Shown piece by piece: positions 9,575 through 16,916 of a stretch of DNA of 32,000 nt. A program made the position numbers and the translations under genes. The first letter of the stretch is position 1; each line of letters starts with the position of its first letter. The notes under the pieces were generated by a model. That model made no database searches. It was given only the letters and a program-made list of their open reading frames with translations, and had not been told where the DNA came from. Origin of the DNA: Sinorhizobium meliloti (GTDB lineage: Bacteria; Pseudomonadota; Alphaproteobacteria; Rhizobiales; Rhizobiaceae); contig NZ_JAGIOS010000001.1 in NCBI RefSeq assembly GCF_017876815.1, positions 1,230,001 through 1,262,000 of the forward strand, in the 5' to 3' direction.

Positions 9575-10540
9575 CTAGAGGTCGAGATGCAAAGCCTTTC
9601 CCTCGAATCGGGAGACGCAGAGCATCACCTTTCGGCCGGAAGCCTTTTCTTCGTCGGTCAGATAGACGTCGTTGTGCAGCAGCCTCCCGTCGCAGAGGGC
9701 GACCATCGTTTCGCACTGCCCGCAGGCACCGCCGCGACAGAGAAAGGGCGCATCGATTCCGGCCGCCTCGATCGCCTCCAGCATGCTCTCGTGATGACCG
9801 ACATGGACGGTCTTGCCGGAGCGCGTCAGCTCGATCGAAAAGGGCTTGCCGGGCTGGGAGGACAGAAAGCGCTCGGAATGCAGGTTCTGCTCCGGCCAGC
9901 CAGCCTCCAGCCCGGTCTTGAGTACGCCGTCGATCATGCCCGCGGGACCGCAGACATAGAGATGCGTGCCGAGCGGCTGGCTGTCGAGCAAGCGGGCGAC
10001 CGGAATGCGACTGTCTTCGGCATCGCAATAGATCTTCACCCGATGCGATCCGTAGCGGGCGACGAGGTCCTCGCAATATGCGCCGCGGTCGCGCGTTCGA
10101 ATGGCATAATGCATTTCGAAACAGGCGCCTTCGCGGGCAAACTGCTCCATCATGGCGATGAAGGGCGTGATCCCGATGCCGCCGGCAATCAGCAGATGCT
10201 TTCGGCCGCGCCAATCCGGCTGAAACAGGTTGACGGGATGCGATACCCTCATTTCGTCGCCTTCGCGCACCTTCTCGTGCATGAAGGACGAGCCGCCGCG
10301 GGAATCCTCGACATGCAGCACGCTGATCTCGTAGGCCGAGCAATCATATGGCGCCGACATCAGCGAATAGGCATTGCGCCGCACGTGACCATTGTCGTTC
10401 ATCGAAACGATGACGTGGGCGCCACCGGAGAAATAGGGCATCGGCCGGCCGTCGAGGCGCTCGAAGCGAAATCGTTTGATGCGATGAGCGACCGGCGTCA
10501 CGCGGGTCACTCGGACGGGAATTTCAGTACCACCGCTCAC
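9575..10540 (-). CDS. dmmB: Dimethylamine monooxygenase reductase subunit DmmB (PDR/VanB-type FMN + NAD(P)H + 2Fe-2S oxidoreductase)
   Basis: 321 aa. Flavin motif RNAYSL, nucleotide-binding motif GGIGITP, and a C-terminal plant-type ferredoxin motif CRGGACGQC...C. The GTG start overlaps the dmmA stop (GTGA), and GGAGGAG lies 8 nt upstream. Confidence 0.88.
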   Translation of the reverse strand: MSGGTEIPVRVTRVTPVAHRIKRFRFERLDGRPMPYFSGGAHVIVSMNDNGHVRRNAYSLMSAPYDCSAYEISVLHVEDSRGGSSFMHEKVREGDEMRVSHPVNLFQPDWRGRKHLLIAGGIGITPFIAMMEQFAREGACFEMHYAIRTRDRGAYCEDLVARYGSHRVKIYCDAEDSRIPVARLLDSQPLGTHLYVCGPAGMIDGVLKTGLEAGWPEQNLHSERFLSSQPGKPFSIELTRSGKTVHVGHHESMLEAIEAAGIDAPFLCRGGACGQCETMVALCDGRLLHNDVYLTDEEKASGRKVMLCVSRFEGKALHLDL

Positions 10541-11142
10541 AGGAACAACTCCTCCGGATCAGGCGCGCTGCCGGGTTCCTCCGCATCGATATTGACGCCC
10601 TGGAAGGCGCCGAGGCGCCGCGAGTAATGGTCGCGTACGAGAAGCGGCAGACCGCAATGGCCGCAGGGAAAGGGGCTGTGGGTGACGTCCTCGGTGACGC
10701 CTTTGCAGTGGACACATTGCACGCGGCGCGCCAGCGAGCCGCGGTGTTCGGTGATGATCGAGGCATGGTCCATGCCGTGATCGAGCGCCACCATCATCGC
10801 CTGGCCGATGAAACCCTCCGTGCCGGCGATATAAAGCCGCGTCCCCATATGGGCGGTCGTCAGCTTCCCCCTGAGGCGGAAGAGCAACGTCGCGATCGTC
10901 GGGGCTGCGAAGAACAAATCGGCGCCAAGCGCGCGCAGCGCCTCGTCGTTTCCCTTGCCCTGCGAGCCGCGCGCGACATAGAGGATCTCGCTGCGGGAAA
11001 GCGCCGTCTCGTCGAGTGCCGGCTTCCGGTCGAGGAGGGCATGGGCGCCCTCCCCTTCCAGTGCGAAGATGTGCCGCCGGGCGCGCGGCTGGATGGAAAG
11101 TCCCGTATAGACCGGACGGCTCTTAATGCCTTCGACAAGCAT
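10537..11142 (-). CDS. dmmA: Dimethylamine monooxygenase subunit DmmA family protein
   Basis: 201 aa, sitting between the GcvT-like dmmD and the reductase dmmB as in dmmDABC. C-terminal Cys4 motif C143-x2-C146-x13-C160-x2-C163. SD GGAGG lies directly after the dmmD stop. Confidence 0.8.
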   Translation of the reverse strand: MLVEGIKSRPVYTGLSIQPRARRHIFALEGEGAHALLDRKPALDETALSRSEILYVARGSQGKGNDEALRALGADLFFAAPTIATLLFRLRGKLTTAHMGTRLYIAGTEGFIGQAMMVALDHGMDHASIITEHRGSLARRVQCVHCKGVTEDVTHSPFPCGHCGLPLLVRDHYSRRLGAFQGVNIDAEEPGSAPDPEELFL

Positions 11143-11152
11143 GGCCGCCTCC

Positions 11153-12286
11153 CTAGCCCACGGCCGTCCTCTTTTTCTTCTCCGGATCGTCGAAGGTCAG
11201 CGTGTGGGCGATCGCTCTGGCATTGAGGTTCTTGCCGTGCACCTCGAGCTTCGCGCCCTGGACGGCCTTGTCGACGTCCAAACGGGCAATCGCCATGGAT
11301 CTCTTCGTCAGCGTCGAATAGCTCGGGCAGGTGATCACCCCGACCTTCTTGCCCTCGGCATAGACTTCGTCGCCGAGATCCGCCGGACCGTCGGCATCGA
11401 TCAGCATGCCGAAGATCTTGAAGCGTTCCCTGCCTTTCAGGCGCGCATGCTCCTCGGCACCACGGAAGCCCGTCTTGCCGGGGCTGACGGTGAAATCGAG
11501 GCCGAGTTCCCAAAGGCTGTCGCCGGGCGGCTGGTCGGCGAAGGGATACATCTGCGAATTGTCGTAAGGATAAAAGAGCAGGTAGCTTTCGACCCGCAGC
11601 ATGTCGAGCACGCTGAAACAGCAGGGGATGATGCCCATCTCCTTGCCTTCCGCGACGATGCGATCCCAGATCATGACCGCATCCTGCCCGCGCACGAAGA
11701 TTTCATAACCACGCTCTCCGGTATAGCCGGTGCGCGAGATCATGACGGGCGCGCCGAAGAGCGTCGTCTGCATGTGGTGGAAATATTTAAGGTCGCGGAT
11801 GCCCGGCACATATTTTGCGAGATAGTCGACCGCAAGCGGGCCCTGCAGCGAGAGATCATGCAGGTCGTCGTCGAACAGGACTGCGCAGTTGCGGCCCGCA
11901 GCCTGCTTCACGATCTCCTCGTAGCCGGAGCCGGAGCCGTGAACCAGCATCCAGGAATTCGGACCGGTGCGGTACACGATGCAGTCGTCGGTGAAATGGC
12001 CGCGATCGTTCAGCATGCAGGCATAGACGGAGCGTCCGGGATAGATCTTCGTCATGTCGCGGGTGGTGATGTAGTCGAGCACGGCGATGGCATGCGGACC
12101 GACCAGGTGCACCTTCTTCAGGCCGGAAACGTCCATGATCCCGGCCTTCGTGCGGATCGCGACATGCTCTTCGGACATGTCCTTCTCGTAGGTCCAGGCG
12201 GTTCCCATGCCGCTCCAGTCCTCCAGTTTCGATCCGAGAGCGCGATGCCGATCCGCCAAGGCGGAGAAACGCCAAGATAAAGCCAT
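11153..12286 (-). CDS. dmmD: Dimethylamine monooxygenase THF-binding subunit DmmD (aminomethyltransferase/GcvT family)
   Basis: 377 aa. GcvT-fold motifs AGIMDVSGLKKVHLVGPHA and SRTGYTGERGYEIF. First gene of the dmmDABC-tmm unit. SD AAGAGGGAA precedes ATG 12286. Confidence 0.88.
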   Translation of the reverse strand: MALSWRFSALADRHRALGSKLEDWSGMGTAWTYEKDMSEEHVAIRTKAGIMDVSGLKKVHLVGPHAIAVLDYITTRDMTKIYPGRSVYACMLNDRGHFTDDCIVYRTGPNSWMLVHGSGSGYEEIVKQAAGRNCAVLFDDDLHDLSLQGPLAVDYLAKYVPGIRDLKYFHHMQTTLFGAPVMISRTGYTGERGYEIFVRGQDAVMIWDRIVAEGKEMGIIPCCFSVLDMLRVESYLLFYPYDNSQMYPFADQPPGDSLWELGLDFTVSPGKTGFRGAEEHARLKGRERFKIFGMLIDADGPADLGDEVYAEGKKVGVITCPSYSTLTKRSMAIARLDVDKAVQGAKLEVHGKNLNARAIAHTLTFDDPEKKKRTAVG

Positions 12287-12310
12287 TTCGTTCCCTCTTT
12301 TTTCCCATAC

Positions 12311-12344
12311 GGAATATTTATTTCCTGAATATATTCAGAATTCC
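12311..12344. promoter_or_regulatory. Candidate operator/promoter region upstream of dmmD
   Basis: Perfect 14-bp palindrome CTGAATATATTCAG (12325-12338), 39-52 nt upstream of the dmmD ATG. It is flanked by GGAAT (12311-12315) / ATTCC (12340-12344) and the AT-rich box AATATTTATTTCCT (12313-12326). Confidence 0.45.
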
Positions 12345-12483
12345 GCGGGGAAGCAAGCCGGCCCGATTATTTTTGTCGCGCCGCTGCGGCAGCGATTCGC
12401 ACGCGTTGGTGCGGCTTCCCGCTCTGGCGCGATGGGCGGTAATGGCGGCGTTGGAGTAAGGCGGGTCTCGGCCTCGATCGGCC

Positions 12484-13374
12484 TCAGCCCATCCGTTCAG
12501 AGGCGTAGGAACCCGGGCTCGGCGGGAAGACGACGACGCGGTTGCCGTTGATGAAGCAGCGGTGGTGGATATGGGCGTGCACGGCCCGGGCCAGCACCTG
12601 GCTTTCGACGTCGCGGCCGATCGAGACATAATCCTCGGCCGACTGCGCATGGGTGATGCGGGCGATATCCTGCTCGATGATCGGGCCCTCGTCGAGATCG
12701 GCGGTGACGTAATGCGCCGTCGCGCCGATCAGCTTCACGCCGCGCTCATAGGCCTGCTTATAGGGGTTCGCCCCCTTGAACGACGGCAGGAAGGAGTGGT
12801 GGATGTTGATGATCTTCCCCGACATCTTCTTGCAGAGCGCATCCGAAAGCACCTGCATGTAGCGGGCCAGCACGATCAGCTCGGCGCCGGTCTGCTCGAC
12901 GACGTCCATCAGCTGGGCTTCGGCCTTGGGCTTGTTCTCCTTCGTCACCTTGATGTGGTGGAAGGGGATGTCGTGGTTGACGACCACCTTCTGGTAGTCG
13001 AAGTGGTTGGAAACGACGCCGACGATGTCGATCGGCAAGGCGCCGATCTTCCAGCGGTAGAGAAGATCGTTCAGGCAATGGCCGAAGCGCGACACCATGA
13101 GCAGCACCTTCATGCGCTCGGACTGTTCGTGGAGAGCCGTCTCCATCTCGAACTTCGAGGCGATCGGCTTCAGCCCTTCCTCGAGAGCCGCAAGGCCAAC
13201 CCGCTCCTCCGAGATGAAGCTGGTGCGCATGAAGAACTTGCCGGTATCCAGATCGTCGAACTGCGAGCTGTCGGCGATATTGCAGCCCTGCTCGGCCAGA
13301 TATCCCGATAGCGCCGCAACTACGCCACGCGTTGACTTGCAGGACACGGTCAGAACGAAATTCTGCATGTTCAT
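12484..13374 (-). CDS. purU: Formyltetrahydrofolate deformylase
   Basis: 296 aa from ATG 13374 (MNMQNFVLTVSC), preceded by GAGGGA. ATG 13368 is an alternative start. N-terminal ACT-like domain plus a formyltransferase core with INIHHSFLPSFKGANPY. Confidence 0.92.
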   Translation of the reverse strand: MNMQNFVLTVSCKSTRGVVAALSGYLAEQGCNIADSSQFDDLDTGKFFMRTSFISEERVGLAALEEGLKPIASKFEMETALHEQSERMKVLLMVSRFGHCLNDLLYRWKIGALPIDIVGVVSNHFDYQKVVVNHDIPFHHIKVTKENKPKAEAQLMDVVEQTGAELIVLARYMQVLSDALCKKMSGKIINIHHSFLPSFKGANPYKQAYERGVKLIGATAHYVTADLDEGPIIEQDIARITHAQSAEDYVSIGRDVESQVLARAVHAHIHHRCFINGNRVVVFPPSPGSYASERMG

Positions 13375-13577
13375 TTCTCTTCCCTCGCCGTTCGCGCGCA
13401 CGGGTGTCGATCCCATCCCCGTTGTCGACGTCGCAAATTGCTACCAGAGCAGATCGACGAAATCAATCCACAGGAAAATATATTTCTCCTCAGGCAACTT
13501 TTTCGCTTTCAGCGCGTGCCGGAAAACGGAGCGTGGGTGAGAAGAGATGCGGCAGAAGCGACGCTCTGCCGTGCGCC

Positions 13578-14309
13578 TCAGTCCTCTCCGCGGCCGCGCG
13601 GATAGGAAATGATAGACAGATACCGGATCGGCAGCGTGGTCAGTTCTTCCGGCCCGTGCGGCGCGTCGGCGTCGAAGAACAGACTGTCCCCCGGAGTCAT
13701 GCGGTAAAGATTGTTGCCATGCCGGTAGACCACCTCGCCTTCCAGCATGTAGAGGAACTCCAGGCCATCGTGTTGAAATGTCGGAAAGACGTCCGAGTCT
13801 TCGGTCAACGTGATGAGATAAGGCTCGACGACGACGCCGGAGGTGTTCGATCCGATATGGCCGAGGAGGTTGTACTGGTGGCCGGCGCGGGTGCCGCGCC
13901 GCTCGACGTCGACGCCTTCCCCCGCTTTGACGAACACGGCGCTATGCTCCTCCTCGAAACGGCGGAAGAAGGCGGTGATCGGCACGCCGAGCGCCCGCGA
14001 CAGCGTCTGCAAAGTCGTGAGCGACGGCGATGTGTTGCCGTTCTCGATCTTCGACAGCATGCCGACCGAAATATCGGTCGCGGAGGCGACGTCGGCTACT
14101 GTGATGCCGAGCTTCTTGCGGAAGGCACGCACTTCATGGCCGATCGCGACTTCCAGCACCTTTTCACGGGTGTCGCGGATTGCATGCGGATCCTGGGTCA
14201 GCGTGACACGTGCCAACTCCGCCGCCGTCTTGCGCGCGCCGCCGGCGCTTGTCGCCGCCTTGCCGTTCTTCTTCGAGTTCCGGTGCTTTTCCGCGTTTTC
14301 CCTGCCCAT
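13578..14309 (-). CDS. XRE-family HTH transcriptional regulator with a C-terminal cupin domain (PuuR-like architecture)
   Basis: 243 aa. HTH region LGITVADVASATDISVGMLSKIENG. Cupin region GLEFLYMLEGEVVYRHG...PGDSLFFDADAPHG. A basic N-terminal extension of about 55 aa is present. Confidence 0.85.
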   Translation of the reverse strand: MGRENAEKHRNSKKNGKAATSAGGARKTAAELARVTLTQDPHAIRDTREKVLEVAIGHEVRAFRKKLGITVADVASATDISVGMLSKIENGNTSPSLTTLQTLSRALGVPITAFFRRFEEEHSAVFVKAGEGVDVERRGTRAGHQYNLLGHIGSNTSGVVVEPYLITLTEDSDVFPTFQHDGLEFLYMLEGEVVYRHGNNLYRMTPGDSLFFDADAPHGPEELTTLPIRYLSIISYPRGRGED

Positions 14310-14326
14310 GCCAATCTCGCTTTGTT

Positions 14327-14341
14327 TTTACTGATAGTAAA
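14327..14341. promoter_or_regulatory. Palindrome TTTACTgatAGTAAA just upstream of the XRE-cupin regulator gene (possible autoregulatory operator)
   Basis: Perfect 6-3-6 inverted repeat 18-32 nt upstream of ATG 14309, inside an AT-rich patch of an otherwise GC-rich region. Confidence 0.35.
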
Positions 14342-14476
14342 TATTTCTGCGTGGTTCACAACGCTATACCCGCGTGGGCGAGGAAGTATTCCGCCCTGAG
14401 TAGAAGATCAACTCCCACTGCAGCCTATGCCTGCTCCGGCGATATGGTGCGCGTGAAGAGGCGTGGACAGCGTCAC

Positions 14477-14522
14477 TTGACAGTGGTTTCGCTTTGCCTG
14501 ACATTCCTGTTAGGCAAATATT
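14477..14522 (+). promoter_or_regulatory. Candidate promoter/operator of the small-protein/permease operon
   Basis: TTGACA at 14477-14482. Alternative -35-like TTGCCT (14494-14499), then a 17-nt spacer, then -10-like AATATT (14517-22). Inverted repeat TTTGCCT (14493-14499) -N12- AGGCAAA (14512-14518) overlaps these elements. Confidence 0.3.
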
Positions 14523-14613
14523 TTTTCTAAGCAGAAAACGGCCGACTTCCCGCATCGAAATTACAAGGAACGAAAAACCACCCGGAGGAGGAAACATTGG
14601 AGGAGGAAAGCGA

Positions 14614-14931
14614 ATGGAAGCGACACTAAGCAAGCTTGGCGAAGATGCGAGCTTCAGCCAGCGTATCGATGCAATGCACAGACGTGACCGCGTCTGCCTT
14701 ACGGCCTTCGTCGTGGTCCTCTGGTGCACCCTGCTCTTCGCGCTGTTTACCGTTTGGCCCTACATCGCAACGCCCGCCATCGCCGTCATCCTGACGGTCG
14801 CCTGCGGCCTGGTGCTGCTCTTCAACACAGCCGCCATCGTTGCCATGCTGCGACATTACGAAGAAGACAAGCACTTCATCTACAGCCTCGATCTCAAGCA
14901 TCTCGATGAGATGCGCCCGCAAAGCCGCTAG
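14614..14931 (+). CDS. Small membrane protein (105 aa, two predicted TM helices, charged C-terminal tail), function unknown
   Basis: ATG 14614 lies 4 nt after GGAGGAGGAAA. There are two long hydrophobic stretches (VCLTAFVVVLWCTLLFALFTVWPYI and AIAVILTVACGLVLLFNTAAIVAML). The third codon position is GC-rich. The stop TAG overlaps the SD of the next gene. Confidence 0.75.
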   Translation: MEATLSKLGEDASFSQRIDAMHRRDRVCLTAFVVVLWCTLLFALFTVWPYIATPAIAVILTVACGLVLLFNTAAIVAMLRHYEEDKHFIYSLDLKHLDEMRPQSR

Positions 14932-14939
14932 GAGGTATC

Positions 14940-15323
14940 ATGGCATACGAACCTCCGAAACAGAGCTTTGCAGGCCAGATCTTCGACGTGATCACGTTGC
15001 TCGTGCTGACCATCGGAGCGCTCTACATACCGCTCTATCTCGGCCTTGCGGGCGCGGCCAAGGTGCCCGATCCAATCCCCGATCCGACCTGGGAAGCGCT
15101 CGGCCAGAACGCCACCGAGCAGCAGCAGTGGGCCGCGCTCGGCATCACCGATCCGGCGGCCGCCAACGACATCATCACCGCGCGCTTCGACTACAGCTTC
15201 AGCTGGGCCTCGCTCATCGTCATGGCCGTGCTCGTCATCGGCTATTTCGTGATGGTGGTTCGGCTTTCCGACAGGGAATACCGCGAAGTGATCGAAGAGC
15301 GCTTCGGCACGGAACGACACTAG
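14940..15323 (+). CDS. Small membrane protein (127 aa, two predicted TM helices flanking a ~50-aa Pro/Asp/Ala-rich loop), function unknown
   Basis: The junction reads TAGGAGGtatcATG. Hydrophobic segments are IFDVITLLVLTIGALYIPLYLGLAG and FSWASLIVMAVLVIGYFVMVV. The third codon position is GC-rich. It lies 8 nt after the previous stop. Confidence 0.78.
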   Translation: MAYEPPKQSFAGQIFDVITLLVLTIGALYIPLYLGLAGAAKVPDPIPDPTWEALGQNATEQQQWAALGITDPAAANDIITARFDYSFSWASLIVMAVLVIGYFVMVVRLSDREYREVIEERFGTERH

Positions 15324-15336
15324 GGAGGCGGCGGCC

Positions 15337-15498
15337 ATGTGGGACATACTCGAATACGCGGCCTGGGCGCTTTCGGCGCTGTTCGGCGTGCTGATGCTCG
15401 CCGACCTCGTCCGCATCGACACCACTTACGACAACGAACTGCTGATCTCTTCTCGCGAAGGCGAGATCGAGGCGACGGCAGAGCGCCACGAGATCTGA
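15337..15498 (+). CDS. Very small membrane protein (53 aa, one predicted TM helix, acidic C-terminal tail), not in the supplied ORF track
   Basis: My own translation: MWDILEYAAWALSALFGVLMLADLVRIDTTYDNELLISSREGEIEATAERHEI. GGAGG (15324-15328) lies 8 nt before ATG 15337. The third codon position is strongly GC-rich. Stop TGA 15496-15498 is immediately followed by GGGGAGGA, the SD of the permease gene. Confidence 0.65.
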   Translation: MWDILEYAAWALSALFGVLMLADLVRIDTTYDNELLISSREGEIEATAERHEI

Positions 15499-15512
15499 GG
15501 GGAGGACGGCAA

Positions 15513-16910
15513 ATGGACGATACTACATCCGCCGCACCCGAGCCGGACCGGCTGCGCCTGCTGAGGGTGCTGGGGCCTGCTCACGTCTGGGCACTCGGCG
15601 TCGGCATCGTGCTCGTCGGCGAATATATGGGCTGGAATTTCTCGGTGGGCAAAGGCGGCATGATCGCCGGCCTGATGGCCTGCTGGGTGGCCGGCCTGCT
15701 CTACACCTGCGTCGCCATGATCGACTCGGAAGTGACTTCGACGGTCGCCGCGGCCGGCGGCCAGTACGCTCAGGCCAAGCACATCGTCGGGCCGCTGATG
15801 GCCTTCAATGTCGGCCTCTTCCTTGTGATGGCCTATACCATGCTCGAAGCCGCCAACGCCATCACGGTCGGCTTCCTGCTCGATACCGTGGCCGGAATGC
15901 AGGGCCAGACCGGACTCAATCAGCAACCCTTCATCGTTCTCGCGATCATGTTCCTGGCGTGGCTCAACTATCGCGGCGTGCTCGCCACCCTGACCTTCAA
16001 CCTGGTGATCACCGCCATCGCCTTCCTTGCGATCGTGGCGTTGTTCGTATCGGTGCAGTTCGGTGCCTCGGCGGTGCCGCTCGATTTTTCGGCCATCACC
16101 TCCGATCCGCTACCCTATGGCTGGGTGGGCATCGTGGCATCGCTGCATTTCGGGCTCTGGTACTATCTCGGCATCGAGGGTACCTGCCAGGCGGCCGAGG
16201 AGGTGCGCTCTCCTGCCCGCTCGCTTCCCTACGGCACGATGGCCGGCATCATGACGCTGCTGATCGCGGCGACCATGACCTGGTATATCTGCTCCGGCCT
16301 GATGCCGTGGGAATATCTTGGCCAGGCCGGCACGCCTTTGTTCGACGCCGCCCGCGTCACCGGCAGCACCGGACTGATGGTCCTGCTCTTCGTCGGCACG
16401 GCATTCGCCACGCTCGCCTCCGCCAACGGCTGCATCAACGACGCTTCCCGCGCCTGGTTCTCGATGAGCCGTGACCGTTATCTGCCAAGCTGGTTCGGTG
16501 CCGTCCATCCGGTCTACCGCACGCCCTATCGCGCGATCGTATTCCTGGTCCCGATCGCGCTCATCTTCGCGCTCGGCGCCCCGCTCGACCAGGTCGTGAC
16601 CTTCTCGATCCTGTCGGGTCTGCTCGGCTACACCTTCATGACCTTCAACATGGTGATGTTCCGAAACAAGTGGCCGCTCGGCAGGATCAAGCGCGGCTAC
16701 GTGCACCCGTTTCATCCTTTACCGACGGTCGTGCTGCTCATTCTGTGCTCGACCGCCTATTTCGCCGTGTTCCTGGGCTACGGCACGCAGCTCAGCGCGA
16801 TGATGTGCTTCTACATCGTGGCTTCGCTGTGGTTTCACTTCCGGCGCTACAAGTTCGTACGCCGCGGCGATCAGTTCACGATGCCGTGGCCAAAGCCACA
16901 CGGCTATTGA
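15513..16910 (+). CDS. APC-superfamily permease, ethanolamine-permease (EAT)-like (465 aa); candidate methylamine/small-amine importer
   Basis: ATG 15513 is preceded by GGGGAGGA. The 58 upstream codons of the track ORF are Arg-rich and overlap the 53-aa gene in another frame. The N-terminus LLRVLGPAHVWALGVGIVLVGEYMGWNFSVGKGG...AAGGQYAQAK resembles ethanolamine permeases. About 12 hydrophobic helices. Confidence 0.85.
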   Translation: MDDTTSAAPEPDRLRLLRVLGPAHVWALGVGIVLVGEYMGWNFSVGKGGMIAGLMACWVAGLLYTCVAMIDSEVTSTVAAAGGQYAQAKHIVGPLMAFNVGLFLVMAYTMLEAANAITVGFLLDTVAGMQGQTGLNQQPFIVLAIMFLAWLNYRGVLATLTFNLVITAIAFLAIVALFVSVQFGASAVPLDFSAITSDPLPYGWVGIVASLHFGLWYYLGIEGTCQAAEEVRSPARSLPYGTMAGIMTLLIAATMTWYICSGLMPWEYLGQAGTPLFDAARVTGSTGLMVLLFVGTAFATLASANGCINDASRAWFSMSRDRYLPSWFGAVHPVYRTPYRAIVFLVPIALIFALGAPLDQVVTFSILSGLLGYTFMTFNMVMFRNKWPLGRIKRGYVHPFHPLPTVVLLILCSTAYFAVFLGYGTQLSAMMCFYIVASLWFHFRRYKFVRRGDQFTMPWPKPHGY

Positions 16911-16916
16911 TCGGTT

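Noticed and set aside
13375-13577. Possible ZTP (pfl) or THF riboswitch in the purU leader, and likewise in the short soxG-folD spacer at 28730-28751.
   Set aside because: On the coding strand I found none of the conserved cores I remember for these classes (for example the ACUGGCG ... CCGCCUGGGC-type ZTP elements). The folD spacer is only 22 nt. A covariance-model search (Rfam/Infernal) would settle it.
14484-14555. Two sigma-54-like GG/GC pairs upstream of the small-protein operon: TGGtttcgctttGC at 14484-14497 and cGGCCGacttcccGCAt at 14539-14555.
   Set aside because: The first has GG-N9-GC spacing, one nt short of the invariant spacing. The second has correct spacing but matches only about half of the -24/-12 consensus positions and lacks the TT of TTGC. 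That is not distinguishable from chance in GC-rich DNA.
11140-15339. Near-identical intercistronic junctions: TAGGGAGGCGGCCATG at dmmD/dmmA (minus strand, 11140-11155) and TAGGGAGGCGGCGGCCATG between the 127-aa and 53-aa genes (15321-15339).
   Set aside because: These are short and dominated by the SD consensus plus GC-rich filler. Convergence on an optimal stop-SD-start arrangement is more likely than a shared element or recombination scar.
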